Shown here in pieces: positions 1 to 9,943 of a stretch of 64,000 bases of DNA. How positions within the stretch are numbered: position 1 is the first letter of the stretch; every line of letters begins with the position of its first letter. Below the pieces are notes generated by a model that was not told the DNA's origin, made no database searches, and saw only the letters and a list, made by a program, of their open reading frames with translations. The translations under genes were made by a program, and so were the position numbers. This stretch comes from Sulfurifustis sp. GTDB taxonomy: Bacteria; Pseudomonadota; Gammaproteobacteria; Acidiferrobacterales; Sulfurifustaceae. The stretch lies in contig JBJMVQ010000040.1 in the NCBI GenBank assembly GCA_045810625.1, positions 51,904-115,903 on the forward strand, in the 5' to 3' direction.

Positions 1-1725
1 AAACACGCGGCGCCGGTGTCTGACCGGATCGGGCAGACGTGCATACGCGTCGTGCTCGGCGTCGGCCAGATCGAACGCGTCGGTCGCTATCCAGCGGCGC
101 AGCCGCGCGCGCGGCCGCGCGCGCCAGCGAAACGGTCCGGCGGCGTCCGCCTGGCTCAGGCCGTCCACCATCACCGTGCTGTGCGCGGCGCTGCTGCGGA
201 AGTAATCACGCCAGCCGGCATCGGCGGTGTAGCAATAAGTGCCGGCGTCGACGAGCGAAGGTTTCCCGAACACGGCGCACTGAATCGCGAGGAGATCAGC
301 GTGCCCGTGCCCGCCGCTCACCCGGCAGCCGAGCGGTCCGACGTCGAAGATCAGCTGATGCGCGCGCGGGTCCCAGCCGCTGCGCATGACGGCATACCCA
401 CCGTCCGGAAACAGGCGCGCCGACGCCGCCGACGGCATCGGCGTCAGCGCCGCGAAAATTTGCAAACTATCCGCTCCGAGCAGCCACAGCATTTCCGGCG
501 CCGGCTGCTGCGCCGCCCAAGCGTAGTCGGCGCGATGGAAAAACACGGCGGCGGCGGCAAAGACGCCGCGAAAATCGTCCGGCGCGCGGCGCGCGAGCGG
601 CAGCAGCGAGCCGCCGTCAGCATCGCCGATTTGCGGCATCGAGCCGTCCGGGGCGCGCACCGCCAACAGAAAGTCGAGCATGCGCTGCACGCACTGCGGC
701 ACGGCCGCGGGAACCGCCATCGCGTTGCGTGCCGCGAGTACTAATAAGTGTAAATAGATCTCGACGGTGTAGCGCTGATAGCAGGTCGACTGCTCGAAGT
801 AGACGCCGTCCGGCCACACTTGCGCGTCGATCTGCTCCAGCAGAATCCGCGTTCCGAGCGCGCGCCAGCGTGCGGCACCGCGCAGCTCGGGGAATATCAC
901 ACCGGCGTAAAACAGACCGAGCGCTTCGCCGGTAAGATGGGTGTTCGGCGAAAAATAATACGAGAGATAGCGTTCAATATATTCCGCATGCGCGCCGATC
1001 CACGCGAGCATGTTCGCGTAGAGCGCCGGCGTGAGCGCCGCCGAGCCGCGGAAGAGAAATAACGCCCAGGTCCAGGAAATCAACCGCAGCGCCGCTTCCA
1101 GGCTGCTCGTCCAGTTGATTCCCATGCCGGGCGGGTTTGCGCGCATCCAGTCCTGCACGCAGGCGGCGAACAGCTGCGCATAGCGCTCGTCGCCGGTATA
1201 GCGATACGCCTGGCCCAGATCGACCAGCCATTGGTGACGGTTCAGCTCCCACGTGACTTTGCTGTCGCCGACCTGCCCAACGTCGAGCGGATCGACGCGG
1301 CTCCAGTGCGTAAACGGGGCCGCCCGGCCCGATATCGGATCGACATGCCAGGCGATCGGATCGCCGAAATCCAAGTCGCGATAACCCAACAGGTCGAAAC
1401 GCTTGCGCGCCACCGCCTCGGCGGCGGCGACCGCGCGATCGCGCGCCCACGGCATCTGCGCAGCGACGACAGCGGGCGTGCGTTCGTCACCCGCGCCGCG
1501 AAAGAACCGCTCACCAGCCGCGGCGCAGAAGCGATCGTAAAGCGTCCACTCCGCCTGCAGCCTTCCCTCCTTCGCCCGCGCGCGGACTTCCGCGCGGGCG
1601 AGCTCGGGCGTCAATTGCCGGTAAAGACGCGGGAACCGGTGGCTGCCGCCGGCTGCGACAGCCACCCGGTCGAGTTGCTTCGCAGCCTCCTGCCAGCCGC
1701 GATAGGCCAGCTCGGATGGCCGCAT
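1..1725 (-). CDS. Heparinase II/III-like polysaccharide lyase family protein (C-terminus runs off the window start)
   Basis: Not in the ORF track because the reading frame has no stop before position 1. Manual reverse-complement translation gives ATG at 1725-1723 (MRPSELAYRGWQEAAKQLDR...). It gives ...NPPGMGINWTSSLEAALRL... around 1140-1081 (the N-W-x4-E-x2-R signature of the heparinase II/III family). It gives ...AEHDAYARLPDPVRHRRRV at 60-1 in the same frame. An in-frame TAG at 1803-1801 closes the frame upstream. Confidence 0.55.
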   Translation of the reverse strand, partial: MRPSELAYRGWQEAAKQLDRVAVAAGGSHRFPRLYRQLTPELARAEVRARAKEGRLQAEWTLYDRFCAAAGERFFRGAGDERTPAVVAAQMPWARDRAVAAAEAVARKRFDLLGYRDLDFGDPIAWHVDPISGRAAPFTHWSRVDPLDVGQVGDSKVTWELNRHQWLVDLGQAYRYTGDERYAQLFAACVQDWMRANPPGMGINWTSSLEAALRLISWTWALFLFRGSAALTPALYANMLAWIGAHAEYIERYLSYYFSPNTHLTGEALGLFYAGVIFPELRGAARWRALGTRILLEQIDAQVWPDGVYFEQSTCYQRYTVEIYLHLLVLAARNAMAVPAAVPQCVQRMLDFLLAVRAPDGSMPQIGDADGGSLLPLARRAPDDFRGVFAAAAVFFHRADYAWAAQQPAPEMLWLLGADSLQIFAALTPMPSAASARLFPDGGYAVMRSGWDPRAHQLIFDVGPLGCRVSGGHGHADLLAIQCAVFGKPSLVDAGTYCYTADAGWRDYFRSSAAHSTVMVDGLSQADAAGPFRWRARPRARLRRWIATDAFDLADAEHDAYARLPDPVRHRRRVF

Positions 1726-1813
1726 TCGGAGTAATCTTTGCAGATTCACATCCGTGCTCCGGCGACAACTCCCGGCTTCCCGCGTCGGTTTGGTTTTTTG
1801 CTACGCAACGCCG

Positions 1814-3316
1814 TCAGTTGCGCACGTCGAACGCATCGACCGCGATCTCGGTGCTGCTGGCGGCCGGGTTCTTCTTCTCGAGCAACTCAACCGTCAGCGT
1901 GTGTTGGCCGGCGGCAAGACCCGTGGTCGAGTAGACGACCGTCGATACTTGATCGGCGGGTAAATAGGTATCGATCTCGGCGACCGCGACCCCGTCGAGC
2001 ACCACTTTGGCGAAACCGCCGAAGTGGCCGCGGTAACCGATCCAGCTCACCCCGGTGCCGGTGAAGTTGAATGTGGCTTGTGAGCCGATGCTGGCGGTGT
2101 ACTTCGCCATCCCGCCGCTCCACGGCATCGTCGCCTCCAGGTTCCAGCCGGTGGTATAGGTGATCGACGGCGAGAACTCTTCGAAGCGCGTGACGGTTCC
2201 GCTCGGCGGCGGCGGAGGCGGCGGATTGCTCGAGCTGGTCACGTCGAACGCGTCGGCGACCACGATGGTGTCCGTCGCCAATGCATTCTTCGTGCCGGTC
2301 GCTTCGACCACCAGCGTGTGATCGCCGGCCGCGAGATCGGCGCTGGTAAATACCGGCTCCTGGATCGCCGCCGTCGCCGAGAACAGATCGACGGTGGCGA
2401 CGAGCGCGCCGTCCAGAAATACACGTGCGATACCGCCGCGCATCTCCCGCCAACCGATCCAGCTCACGCGCGTCCCGTTGAAATTGAACGTCGCCTGCGC
2501 ATTCGGGCCGCGCGTAAACGCCGCCGTGCCGCCGCTCCAGGCGAACGTGGTATCGCCGCGGACCCAGTTGGAGTCGAAACTCACGGACGGATCGGTCTCT
2601 TCGAAGCGCTTGACGGTCGTGGCCGGCGGCGTTGGCGCCGCATTCGCGACCTTGACGCTCACGGGCACCGACGTACCGATGTTACCGGCCGCGTCGCGCG
2701 CGACCGCCGTCAGGGTGTGCGTCGCATCGGCCGCGCCGGTGGTGTCCCACGCAATCGAATACGGCGCGGTCGTGTCTTCGGCGCCAAGGTTGGCGCCGTC
2801 GAGCTTGAACTGCACGCCCTTCACGCCGACGTTATCCGACGCGTCGGCGCTGACGGTGATCGTGCCGGCGACGGTCGAGTTGGTAGTGGGCGCGGTGATA
2901 TTCACCACCGGCGGCATGACATCGTTCGCAACCGTCACCGTTACCGGCGCCGACGTGACACGCAAGCCGAGCAGGCTGCGCCCGACCGCCGTCAGCGTAT
3001 GCTTGCCGTTCGTTGCGGTCGTCGTGTTCCACGACACCGAGTACGGCGCCTGGGTGTCTTCCGCGCCGAGGTTGGCGCCGTCGAGCTTGAACTGCACGCC
3101 GCCGACGACTAGAGCGCCGACGACGGTGACGCTCGCGGTCACCGTCGTCGTTCCGGTGACGGTAGCGCCATCCGCCGGCGAGGTAACGTTCACCGTCAGG
3201 CTGCCCAACAGGTCGGCGAGAACGGCGGGCGGCGACAGACAGGCCCAGCCGACGCCCACCGCCAGCGCCGCGGCGCGGATAAATCTACCAACACGCTTCT
3301 CACTGCTTCTGCTCAT
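1814..3316 (-). CDS. Secreted protein with two bacterial Ig-like domains and two about 120-aa C-terminal repeats (likely carbohydrate-binding or accessory domain of the lyase operon)
   Basis: 500 aa. N-terminal signal peptide (RFIRAAALAVGVGWACLSPPAVLA). Duplicated Ig-like motif GVQFKLDGANLGAEDT.APYS. Duplicated C-terminal modules (RFEE...SWIG.R...V.LDG...DAFDV). A PPPPPPP linker separates them. Confidence 0.75.
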   Translation of the reverse strand: MSRSSEKRVGRFIRAAALAVGVGWACLSPPAVLADLLGSLTVNVTSPADGATVTGTTTVTASVTVVGALVVGGVQFKLDGANLGAEDTQAPYSVSWNTTTATNGKHTLTAVGRSLLGLRVTSAPVTVTVANDVMPPVVNITAPTTNSTVAGTITVSADASDNVGVKGVQFKLDGANLGAEDTTAPYSIAWDTTGAADATHTLTAVARDAAGNIGTSVPVSVKVANAAPTPPATTVKRFEETDPSVSFDSNWVRGDTTFAWSGGTAAFTRGPNAQATFNFNGTRVSWIGWREMRGGIARVFLDGALVATVDLFSATAAIQEPVFTSADLAAGDHTLVVEATGTKNALATDTIVVADAFDVTSSSNPPPPPPPSGTVTRFEEFSPSITYTTGWNLEATMPWSGGMAKYTASIGSQATFNFTGTGVSWIGYRGHFGGFAKVVLDGVAVAEIDTYLPADQVSTVVYSTTGLAAGQHTLTVELLEKKNPAASSTEIAVDAFDVRN

Positions 3317-3370
3317 TTCCCTTTCTCCTCATCTCAAACGGGACCGCGACCATCGCGATCCCGTGCTCCA

Positions 3371-4504
3371 TCACGCCGGCGGTCCGGCGTACGCCGCGGC
3401 CCACGCCGCGCGCACGCACGACCACGTGTATTGCTCGACTTCGGTGCGCGCGCGCCACGCCAGGCCCCGCGCGCGCACGGGATTCTCCAAAAGCGCGGCG
3501 ACCGCGGCGGCCAGCGCCGCCGGGTCGTCCGGCGGAACGATGCAGCCGGTGTCGCCGCTGCGAACCAGGTTCGCGATGTCGCCGGTTCCCGTCGACACCA
3601 CGGGCAGTCCGGCGGCGAACGCCTCGAGCACCGATACCGGCTGGTTGTCGACGACCGAGGCGTTGACGAATATGTCGGCCGCGTCGTAATACGCCGGCAT
3701 CGCCGCCGGCTCGACGCGGCCGGCAAAGCGAATCCCGCCGCAGCGCGCCGCGAGTCGCCGCAGCCGCGGTTCCTCGCTGCCGTAGCCGGCGAGCGTCAGC
3801 GTCGCACCCGGATAGCGCGCCCGCAGCCGCGCGAACGCCTCGATCACGGCACACACCCGATAATGCGGCTCGAAGTTGCGCGCGCACAGCAGCCGCGGAC
3901 GCAGCGGCGTACGTTCGCGATAGCGAAAGCGCGACGTATCGACGACATTGGGAATCACGCGGGCGCGATAGCCGTGCCGCGCGAACACCTGCCGCAGGTA
4001 TTCAGAAGGAACCACGATCTCGTCGGCCAGGCGCAGCCACGGATGCACCAGGCGGCCCCAATGCGCCAGGTGATCGTGCGCCTCGCCGCTGTGGTAATTG
4101 AGCAGCACGCGTTTGCCGAGCGCGCGCGCGACGAGCATCGCCGGAACCGGCGCCAGCAGGAACGACCAGTACGACGCCGAATAGACGTGAACGACGTCGG
4201 CGCGGCGCAGCGCGCCGAGATTGGCGAAATAGAGCGCCTCGTTGAGAAGCGTCCTTATATAAGGATAACGGCGCAACCATTGCAGCCCGCGCGGGAACGC
4301 CGGATTGACGGGCACGAACGCGACCGGGTAGCCGTCCCGTCGCAGGCACTCGGCGAGCGCGTGCGCCTGCACGCCCTGCCCGCCGACGATGTCGAGGCTT
4401 GGCGCCACCACGGCGACGCGGGGACGCAGCTGCCGCGCGTCGCCCGCGGTGTTCCGGGCGATTGACGATTCAACGCCAGCCGTCGATGACATGGACGATT
4501 CCAA
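3371..4504 (-). CDS. GT4-family glycosyltransferase
   Basis: 377 aa. GT-B fold motifs (VVSTGTGDIANLV..., EAFAAGLPVV). Embedded in the polysaccharide operon. Confidence 0.85.
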   Translation of the reverse strand: MESSMSSTAGVESSIARNTAGDARQLRPRVAVVAPSLDIVGGQGVQAHALAECLRRDGYPVAFVPVNPAFPRGLQWLRRYPYIRTLLNEALYFANLGALRRADVVHVYSASYWSFLLAPVPAMLVARALGKRVLLNYHSGEAHDHLAHWGRLVHPWLRLADEIVVPSEYLRQVFARHGYRARVIPNVVDTSRFRYRERTPLRPRLLCARNFEPHYRVCAVIEAFARLRARYPGATLTLAGYGSEEPRLRRLAARCGGIRFAGRVEPAAMPAYYDAADIFVNASVVDNQPVSVLEAFAAGLPVVSTGTGDIANLVRSGDTGCIVPPDDPAALAAAVAALLENPVRARGLAWRARTEVEQYTWSCVRAAWAAAYAGPPA

Positions 4505-4596
4505 CCAAGGACCAGGAATGACGATCGAAAATGTTTAACCGAAGATGCGGTTTGCGAATCGCGCGATGTTTCCGTCAATACACGCCGGCACGTTGA

Positions 4597-6540
4597 TCAC
4601 GGGGAAGCGGCATGAGCGCCGACGGCGTTTTGCATCTGCGCGAGCGGCACACCGGGGCGCGCCGGCCGCGCAACACGCGCGGCGTCGCCGTCGAGAAACG
4701 TCCGGCACCACAGCTCGAACGAGATCAGCGTCCAAAGCTGCAGATCGAGCGGGCGGCCGCGATCGTGCAGCGCGATCAGCCGTTCGATGTAGGCGCCGTT
4801 GAAAATGCCGCGCCGCCGGCTGCGTTCGCCGAGCAGCAGCTCGCGCACGAACTCGCCGAGCCGGCCGCGGAACCAATGCCCGAGCGGAACGGCGAAGCCG
4901 CGCTTCGGCCGGTCGATGATGTCGTCGGGCAGGATGCCGCGCAGCGCCTGCTTGAAAATATATTTCCCGGTGCCGTCGCGCCGCTTGAGGTCGGGCGGAA
5001 TCCGGCCCGCCAACTCGACCAGCCGATGATCCAACAGCGGCACGCGCGCTTCGATCGAATGCGCCATGCTCATTCGATCCACCTTCGTCAGGATATCGAG
5101 CGGCAGATAGTGTTTGAGATCGAAGTATTGCAGCGCCGACAACCAATGGCCGTTCGGTCTGGCCAGCAACGCCGCGGCGTCGCGCCACGCGTCTTCATTA
5201 CGTATGCGCGCGGCCACTTCGGGGCAGAACAACCGCTGCTGCTCGTCGCGCCGAAAGAACGTCAGCGCGTCGAGATAGCGCTCCGTGCCGGCGAGGGCGA
5301 AGTGCCGCAGGAAGTTGCGCCCGTGCGCGCCCTCGGGCAGCGCTGCGCCCACAAAGCCGAGGAGCCGTCGGAGCGCGGCGGGTGCGTGGCGATAGCGCCG
5401 CTCTTTTTCCTCGACCCGATACTTGTCGTAGCCGGCGAACAGCTCATCGCCGCCGTCGCCCGAAAGCACCACGGTGACCTCTTGCGCAGCGAGCTTCGAT
5501 ACCACGTAGGTCGGGATCGCCGACGAATCGCCGAACGGCTCATCGAGGTGCCACGCGAGATCCGGCAACAGCTCGGCAATATCCGGCTCGAGAATCAGCT
5601 CGTGATGATCGGTCGCGAACGCGGCGGCGACGCGGCGCGCGTACGGCGCTTCGTTGTGGTCGGCCTCGCGAAACCCGATCGAGAACGTCTTGACCGGGCG
5701 CGCGCTCAGGCGCGCCATCGTCGCCACGACCGCGCTCGAGTCGATGCCGCCGCTCAGGAACGCGCCGAGCGGAACGTCGCTCACCATATGCAGCCGCACC
5801 GCTTCCTCGAGCAGCGCGCGCAAGCGCTCGACGAAGTACGCCTCGCCGCGCCCGTACTCCGGCGTGAACGAGGTGTCCCAGTAGCGCGCGATCCGCGGGG
5901 CACGCCGCGGCGCGAGCGTGAGCGTGTGACCGGGCTCGAGCTTGTGCACGCCGGCGACGATGCTTTCCGCCGCCGGCGTCGTCAAAAAAGCGAAGACGTG
6001 ATTGACGGCGCCCCAGTTCAATTTGCGCTCGACCTCGGGCAGCTGCAGCAGCACTTTCAGCTCCGAGGCGAACGCGAAGCGTCCGCCGACCTCGGTGTAG
6101 TACAGCGGCTTGATGCCGAGCCGGTCGCGCGCCACGAACAAGGTTTGCGCGCGCGCGTCCCACAGCGCGAACGCGAACATGCCGCGCAGCTTCTCGACGC
6201 ACGCCGTTCCGTATTCTTCGTAGAGATGAACGATGGTCTCGGTGTCGCTCGCCGTGTAGAAGGAATGCCCGCGGCGCTCCAGCTCGACGCGCAGCTCCCG
6301 GTAGTTGTAGATCTCGCCGTTCAAGACCACCCAGATGGAGCCGTCTTCGTTGCGCAGCGGCTGGCGGCCGGTATCGAGGTCGATGATGCTCAAGCGCCGC
6401 ATGCCGAGCCCGACGCCGGCGGCGACATAAAATCCCTCGTCGTCCGGTCCGCGGTGCGTCATCGCCGCGCACATGGCGCGCAGCTCCTCGAGCGCCACCG
6501 GCTTTGCGCCGGTGCTCACGATGCCGGCTATGCCGCACAT
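4597..6540 (-). CDS. asnB: Asparagine synthetase (glutamine-hydrolysing) family amidotransferase, EPS-locus type
   Basis: 647 aa. Starts MCGIAGIV (N-terminal Cys nucleophile of class II glutamine amidotransferases). Has SGGIDSS PP-loop. Such AsnB paralogs are typical of exosortase-associated EPS loci. Confidence 0.9.
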   Translation of the reverse strand: MCGIAGIVSTGAKPVALEELRAMCAAMTHRGPDDEGFYVAAGVGLGMRRLSIIDLDTGRQPLRNEDGSIWVVLNGEIYNYRELRVELERRGHSFYTASDTETIVHLYEEYGTACVEKLRGMFAFALWDARAQTLFVARDRLGIKPLYYTEVGGRFAFASELKVLLQLPEVERKLNWGAVNHVFAFLTTPAAESIVAGVHKLEPGHTLTLAPRRAPRIARYWDTSFTPEYGRGEAYFVERLRALLEEAVRLHMVSDVPLGAFLSGGIDSSAVVATMARLSARPVKTFSIGFREADHNEAPYARRVAAAFATDHHELILEPDIAELLPDLAWHLDEPFGDSSAIPTYVVSKLAAQEVTVVLSGDGGDELFAGYDKYRVEEKERRYRHAPAALRRLLGFVGAALPEGAHGRNFLRHFALAGTERYLDALTFFRRDEQQRLFCPEVAARIRNEDAWRDAAALLARPNGHWLSALQYFDLKHYLPLDILTKVDRMSMAHSIEARVPLLDHRLVELAGRIPPDLKRRDGTGKYIFKQALRGILPDDIIDRPKRGFAVPLGHWFRGRLGEFVRELLLGERSRRRGIFNGAYIERLIALHDRGRPLDLQLWTLISFELWCRTFLDGDAARVARPARPGVPLAQMQNAVGAHAASP

Positions 6541-6571
6541 GCGGTTCGCGTCTCTGTCGCGCCGACGAAAA

Positions 6572-7300
6572 TCATCGTGACGCCCACGAGCGCCGCACCC
6601 GCCGGCGCGTCATCTCCGGCCCGAGCGATTCCAACAAGAATGCGCAGCTCGGCGGCGTATCGTGCGCCGTCATCTGCACGCGCGGGCGCATGCAGATGCG
6701 CCGTAAGTACATGCCGGCCACGATCCGAAAGCCGGCCTTCTCGATCGAGCGCCGGCATGGCGTGTTTTGCTCCTCGACCTTGGTGACGATTGCGGCGACG
6801 CCCGCGCGGGCGAGGTGATCCGCCAATGTCGACCACGCGGCCGGCGCGACGCCGGTGCCGCGATAGCGCGGGTTGGCGATGGAATCCTCCATGCCGACGG
6901 TGCGCGCGGGAAGCGCGAGCCAGCCGCCGGGCGCGGCCAATACCGGCATGCGCCCGCGGAAAATCCAGCAGGCAAACAACGCGTCGTTGCCGTTGCGAAC
7001 CATCCACAGGTCGGCGCCGCCGGCGAGACGCCGTTGCGCCTCGGCGCGGCCGACCGTCTCGAGTTGCTCGAGCAGCGGCAAATCCGCCGCACCGGCGCGC
7101 ATCAATTCGAGACCGGGACGCAGGTCGAATCGCGGCCGTGGGCTGCCGAGGTCGAGCCGGTACCAAACGTGACGCTCGCGCAAATACAGCGCCCGGCCGG
7201 CCGCCCACGCCGCGAGACGCGCGGCGCGTACGACGGCACCGACCGCGCCGTAGCGGCCGACGGCGGCCCGCAGGCGTTCGGTTATCGCGGCAGTGATCAT
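6572..7300 (-). CDS. GNAT-family N-acetyltransferase
   Basis: ORF 6572..7441 trimmed to the internal ATG at 7300 (MITAAITERL...). C-terminal acetyl-CoA-binding-like region (RRSIEKAGFRIVA). Confidence 0.65.
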   Translation of the reverse strand: MITAAITERLRAAVGRYGAVGAVVRAARLAAWAAGRALYLRERHVWYRLDLGSPRPRFDLRPGLELMRAGAADLPLLEQLETVGRAEAQRRLAGGADLWMVRNGNDALFACWIFRGRMPVLAAPGGWLALPARTVGMEDSIANPRYRGTGVAPAAWSTLADHLARAGVAAIVTKVEEQNTPCRRSIEKAGFRIVAGMYLRRICMRPRVQMTAHDTPPSCAFLLESLGPEMTRRRVRRSWASR

Positions 7301-7364
7301 GGGTCTCTCGAATCGCGAGTCGCCGGCCGGGAGCGGCGGATGTTCGCCGTTTGCATCCGCTCGG

Positions 7365-8885
7365 CTACCATCCGGCGCTTCGACGCACGCCGGCGAGCGG
7401 ACGTTGCGCCCAATCGAGCAATGCGCGCTTCTCGGCAGCACTCAACGGACCGCACCGCCACAGCAGACCGGCGTACGACGCGGCATAGATCGAACCCGTC
7501 GTCGCCAAAGTGAACACCAGGTTCGCGTGGGTCAGCGCGGATTTCACCGCGAGCGCCGGGAGCGCCGCCGCCGCGCCGAGCGCGAGTATCGAGGCGAGCG
7601 CGCGCCACGGCAGGACGCGCGTGAAGCGCGTGTGCATCACGGTTCTGATTCGGACCAAGGCGATCGCCTTGGTCACGACCAGCGCCGTGAGCGTGGCGAG
7701 GACCGCGCCGTACAGGCCGAACACGGCCAGGAAACTGCTGATCGTCACGGCGATCAGCACCAGCTTGACCACGCTCAACCACATGAGGAAGCGGATCTGC
7801 GCGTACACGCGCAGTACCGCGTCGGTGGGAACGGTCGAGCACAGAATCGTCAGCGTCGAAACGATGAACACCGGCACGCTCGCCGCATATTTCGCCGTGA
7901 ACAATCCCACGATCAGCTCGTGCGCCAGCGTGATCAAACCGCCGACCAGCGGCACGAGCAGCAGCGCGAGCTTGCGCGTCGTGTCGCGCCAGAGCGCCAG
8001 CACCGGCTCGCTCTGCCCCGTCAGCAAGTCTTCGCGCATCCTGACCATCATGACGTTGGCCGTGGCGCCGGTGAGAAAGTCGACGAACGGAATCGAAAGA
8101 CAGCCGACGGCGTAGACGGCGAAGGTGGCCGCGTCGAAGCGAGCGGAGACCGCATACAGGTGCAGGTTGGTTTGCGCAACGTCGATCAGCACGTACAGCG
8201 CGAACGGCGCCGCATAGGCGAACTGAGCGCGCAGCAGACCGGCGTCCGGCGTGAACTCGCCGCGAAACTCGCGCGCCAGATAAAACAGCGCTGCGCCGAG
8301 ACGCAGTAATGCGAACGCCACGGCGCCGAGCATCAGGCCCTGCAATCCGCCGAATGCGAGCACCGGCACGACCAGCAGCGCGGCGCGCGCCAGATCGGAG
8401 ATCGCGTAGGCGCCCGAGGCATGCAAGTGGCGCTTGCGCGCGATCATGGCGATCTCGAGCGGGGTCGAGACCAGCATCAGCAACAGGAACAGGCCGATCA
8501 GCGGCACATACCCGCCGAGCGCATCGTTGTTGAGCCAGTGCGCGACGCTTGCTTGTCCGCTCCACAACGCCGCCGCGCACACGGCGCCGGCGCCGGCGAG
8601 AACGAGCGCGGCGTTGAGCACGTACTTCCCGCCGTTTCGCGGCGCCGCGGGAAGAAAGTAGAACAGACCCTCGGCCATGCCGAGCTGCGCGACCCCGTAA
8701 AGCGTGGAAAAAATCAGAAACAGCTGTTTATAGGTCCCGAAATCGCTTTGATCGAGCGCGCGCGCGAGCACCACGGGAATGGCGAACGCCGCGACAAACC
8801 CGAGCGCGCGCCCGGACATCAGCACGAACGCCGGACGAAAGACCGAGCCCGCCGGCGCGGCTACGACGCGTGGGCTTGCTTGCAT
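7365..8885 (-). CDS. Wzx-like oligosaccharide flippase (MOP/PST family)
   Basis: ORF 7365..9269 trimmed to ATG 8885 (MQASPRVV...). About 12 predicted TM helices. Typical polysaccharide transporter profile. Confidence 0.75.
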   Translation of the reverse strand: MQASPRVVAAPAGSVFRPAFVLMSGRALGFVAAFAIPVVLARALDQSDFGTYKQLFLIFSTLYGVAQLGMAEGLFYFLPAAPRNGGKYVLNAALVLAGAGAVCAAALWSGQASVAHWLNNDALGGYVPLIGLFLLLMLVSTPLEIAMIARKRHLHASGAYAISDLARAALLVVPVLAFGGLQGLMLGAVAFALLRLGAALFYLAREFRGEFTPDAGLLRAQFAYAAPFALYVLIDVAQTNLHLYAVSARFDAATFAVYAVGCLSIPFVDFLTGATANVMMVRMREDLLTGQSEPVLALWRDTTRKLALLLVPLVGGLITLAHELIVGLFTAKYAASVPVFIVSTLTILCSTVPTDAVLRVYAQIRFLMWLSVVKLVLIAVTISSFLAVFGLYGAVLATLTALVVTKAIALVRIRTVMHTRFTRVLPWRALASILALGAAAALPALAVKSALTHANLVFTLATTGSIYAASYAGLLWRCGPLSAAEKRALLDWAQRPLAGVRRSAGW

Positions 8886-9943
8886 GGCCGCGCGAAATCG
8901 AAAACGCCGCTCAACTGGCAGCTCATCAGCGCCGGTGAAAAACGTTCGAACGCGTCCAGGCAGGAGCGCTCCCACAACAGCCAGCGCGGGATGGTCAGCG
9001 CCGGATAGGCCCGGTCGCGATGCCGGCACGACGTATAAGCGCAGCGGTAACCGGCCGCGGCCACCGTGCGCACGACGCTCGCATTGAAGTCGCCGCCCGG
9101 ATAGGCGAAGTGCTCGACCCGCGTGTTGAGCTTTTGCTCGATGGCCGCGCGCGAGCCATTGGTCTCGGCGACGACGCTCTGCCAGCTCTCGCGGGTGAGG
9201 CGCGCGTGCGTGCGCGTGTGCGACCCGATGGTGAATCCCGCGCGCACCATGCGCGCGAGCATGTCCCAACTCAGCGCGCGCAACTCTTCGCGCATAAGCG
9301 GCGACAGCGCGGCGTCGGCCCGCAGCGCGCGCGCGAGTTGGTGAATTTGCGCCTGCGACAGCGTCTCGAGCAGCGCCGCCGCCAGCCGCGCCGGATCGGC
9401 GGCGGCGCGGCGCAGCGCGTCGAGCACGGGCGCGGCAAGCGCGAGACCGGTCAGCCGCTCGAGCACGCGCCGAGCGCCGCGCGATTGTGCGTACATGCTC
9501 GAGAGCAGCAGATGAAGCTCGTCGTGATTTTGCAGCCGCGCGGTCCCGACGAGGTCGGTCACGACGAACACCGCCGCCGGTATGCCCTTGCGCGCGAGCA
9601 CGGGAAAGCCGTGGTGGTACAGGTCGGCATAGCCGTCATCGAAGGTGATCGCGACCGCCGGGCGCTCGAAGCGCCGTGCGCCCTCGGCCCACGCCGCCAC
9701 GTCCGCGAGCGTGACAAAGGCGAAGCGGCGCCCGAGCCAATCGAGATGCCGCTCGAACGTGCGTGCGCTGATCAGCATCGGCGCGAGCGTTCGCCGCGCG
9801 TGCGCGCGGAAATCGTCCACCACCCGGTGATAGCCGATGACGATCGGCGCGTTCTTCGCGCCGGCGCGCGCCGCGAGCAAGCGCTCCGCGCCGCTCCAGT
9901 GCAGCGCCGCCGCGACCCCGGTCTTGGCCAATTTACGCAACAT
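8861..9943 (-). CDS. Polysaccharide deacetylase (NodB-homology domain)
   Basis: 360 aa. NodB motifs TFDDGY and YPGGDFN. Its 3' end overlaps the flippase start. Confidence 0.85.
   Translation of the reverse strand: MLRKLAKTGVAAALHWSGAERLLAARAGAKNAPIVIGYHRVVDDFRAHARRTLAPMLISARTFERHLDWLGRRFAFVTLADVAAWAEGARRFERPAVAITFDDGYADLYHHGFPVLARKGIPAAVFVVTDLVGTARLQNHDELHLLLSSMYAQSRGARRVLERLTGLALAAPVLDALRRAAADPARLAAALLETLSQAQIHQLARALRADAALSPLMREELRALSWDMLARMVRAGFTIGSHTRTHARLTRESWQSVVAETNGSRAAIEQKLNTRVEHFAYPGGDFNASVVRTVAAAGYRCAYTSCRHRDRAYPALTIPRWLLWERSCLDAFERFSPALMSCQLSGVFDFARPCKQAHAS

Noticed and set aside
16-744. 242-aa plus-strand ORF and the minus-strand ORFs 974..1450, 1242..1514 and 1511..1768 at the window start
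   Set aside because: All are out of frame relative to the heparinase II/III-like frame, which carries the N-W-x4-E signature and stays open to position 1. The true gene is missing from the track only because it has no stop inside the window.
4612-6786. 724-aa plus-strand ORF, and similar long plus-strand ORFs (7293..8309, 9020..9967, 9837..11252, 11153..12049, 16293..17699, 17921..19165, 19402..21339, 21005..22096, 22167..23267, 23301..24371, 24565..25632, 47452..48354, 57526..58743)
   Set aside because: They are Arg/Ala/Pro-rich with no domain signatures. Each lies antisense to a well-supported minus-strand gene with clear family motifs. They are typical shadow ORFs of high-GC DNA.
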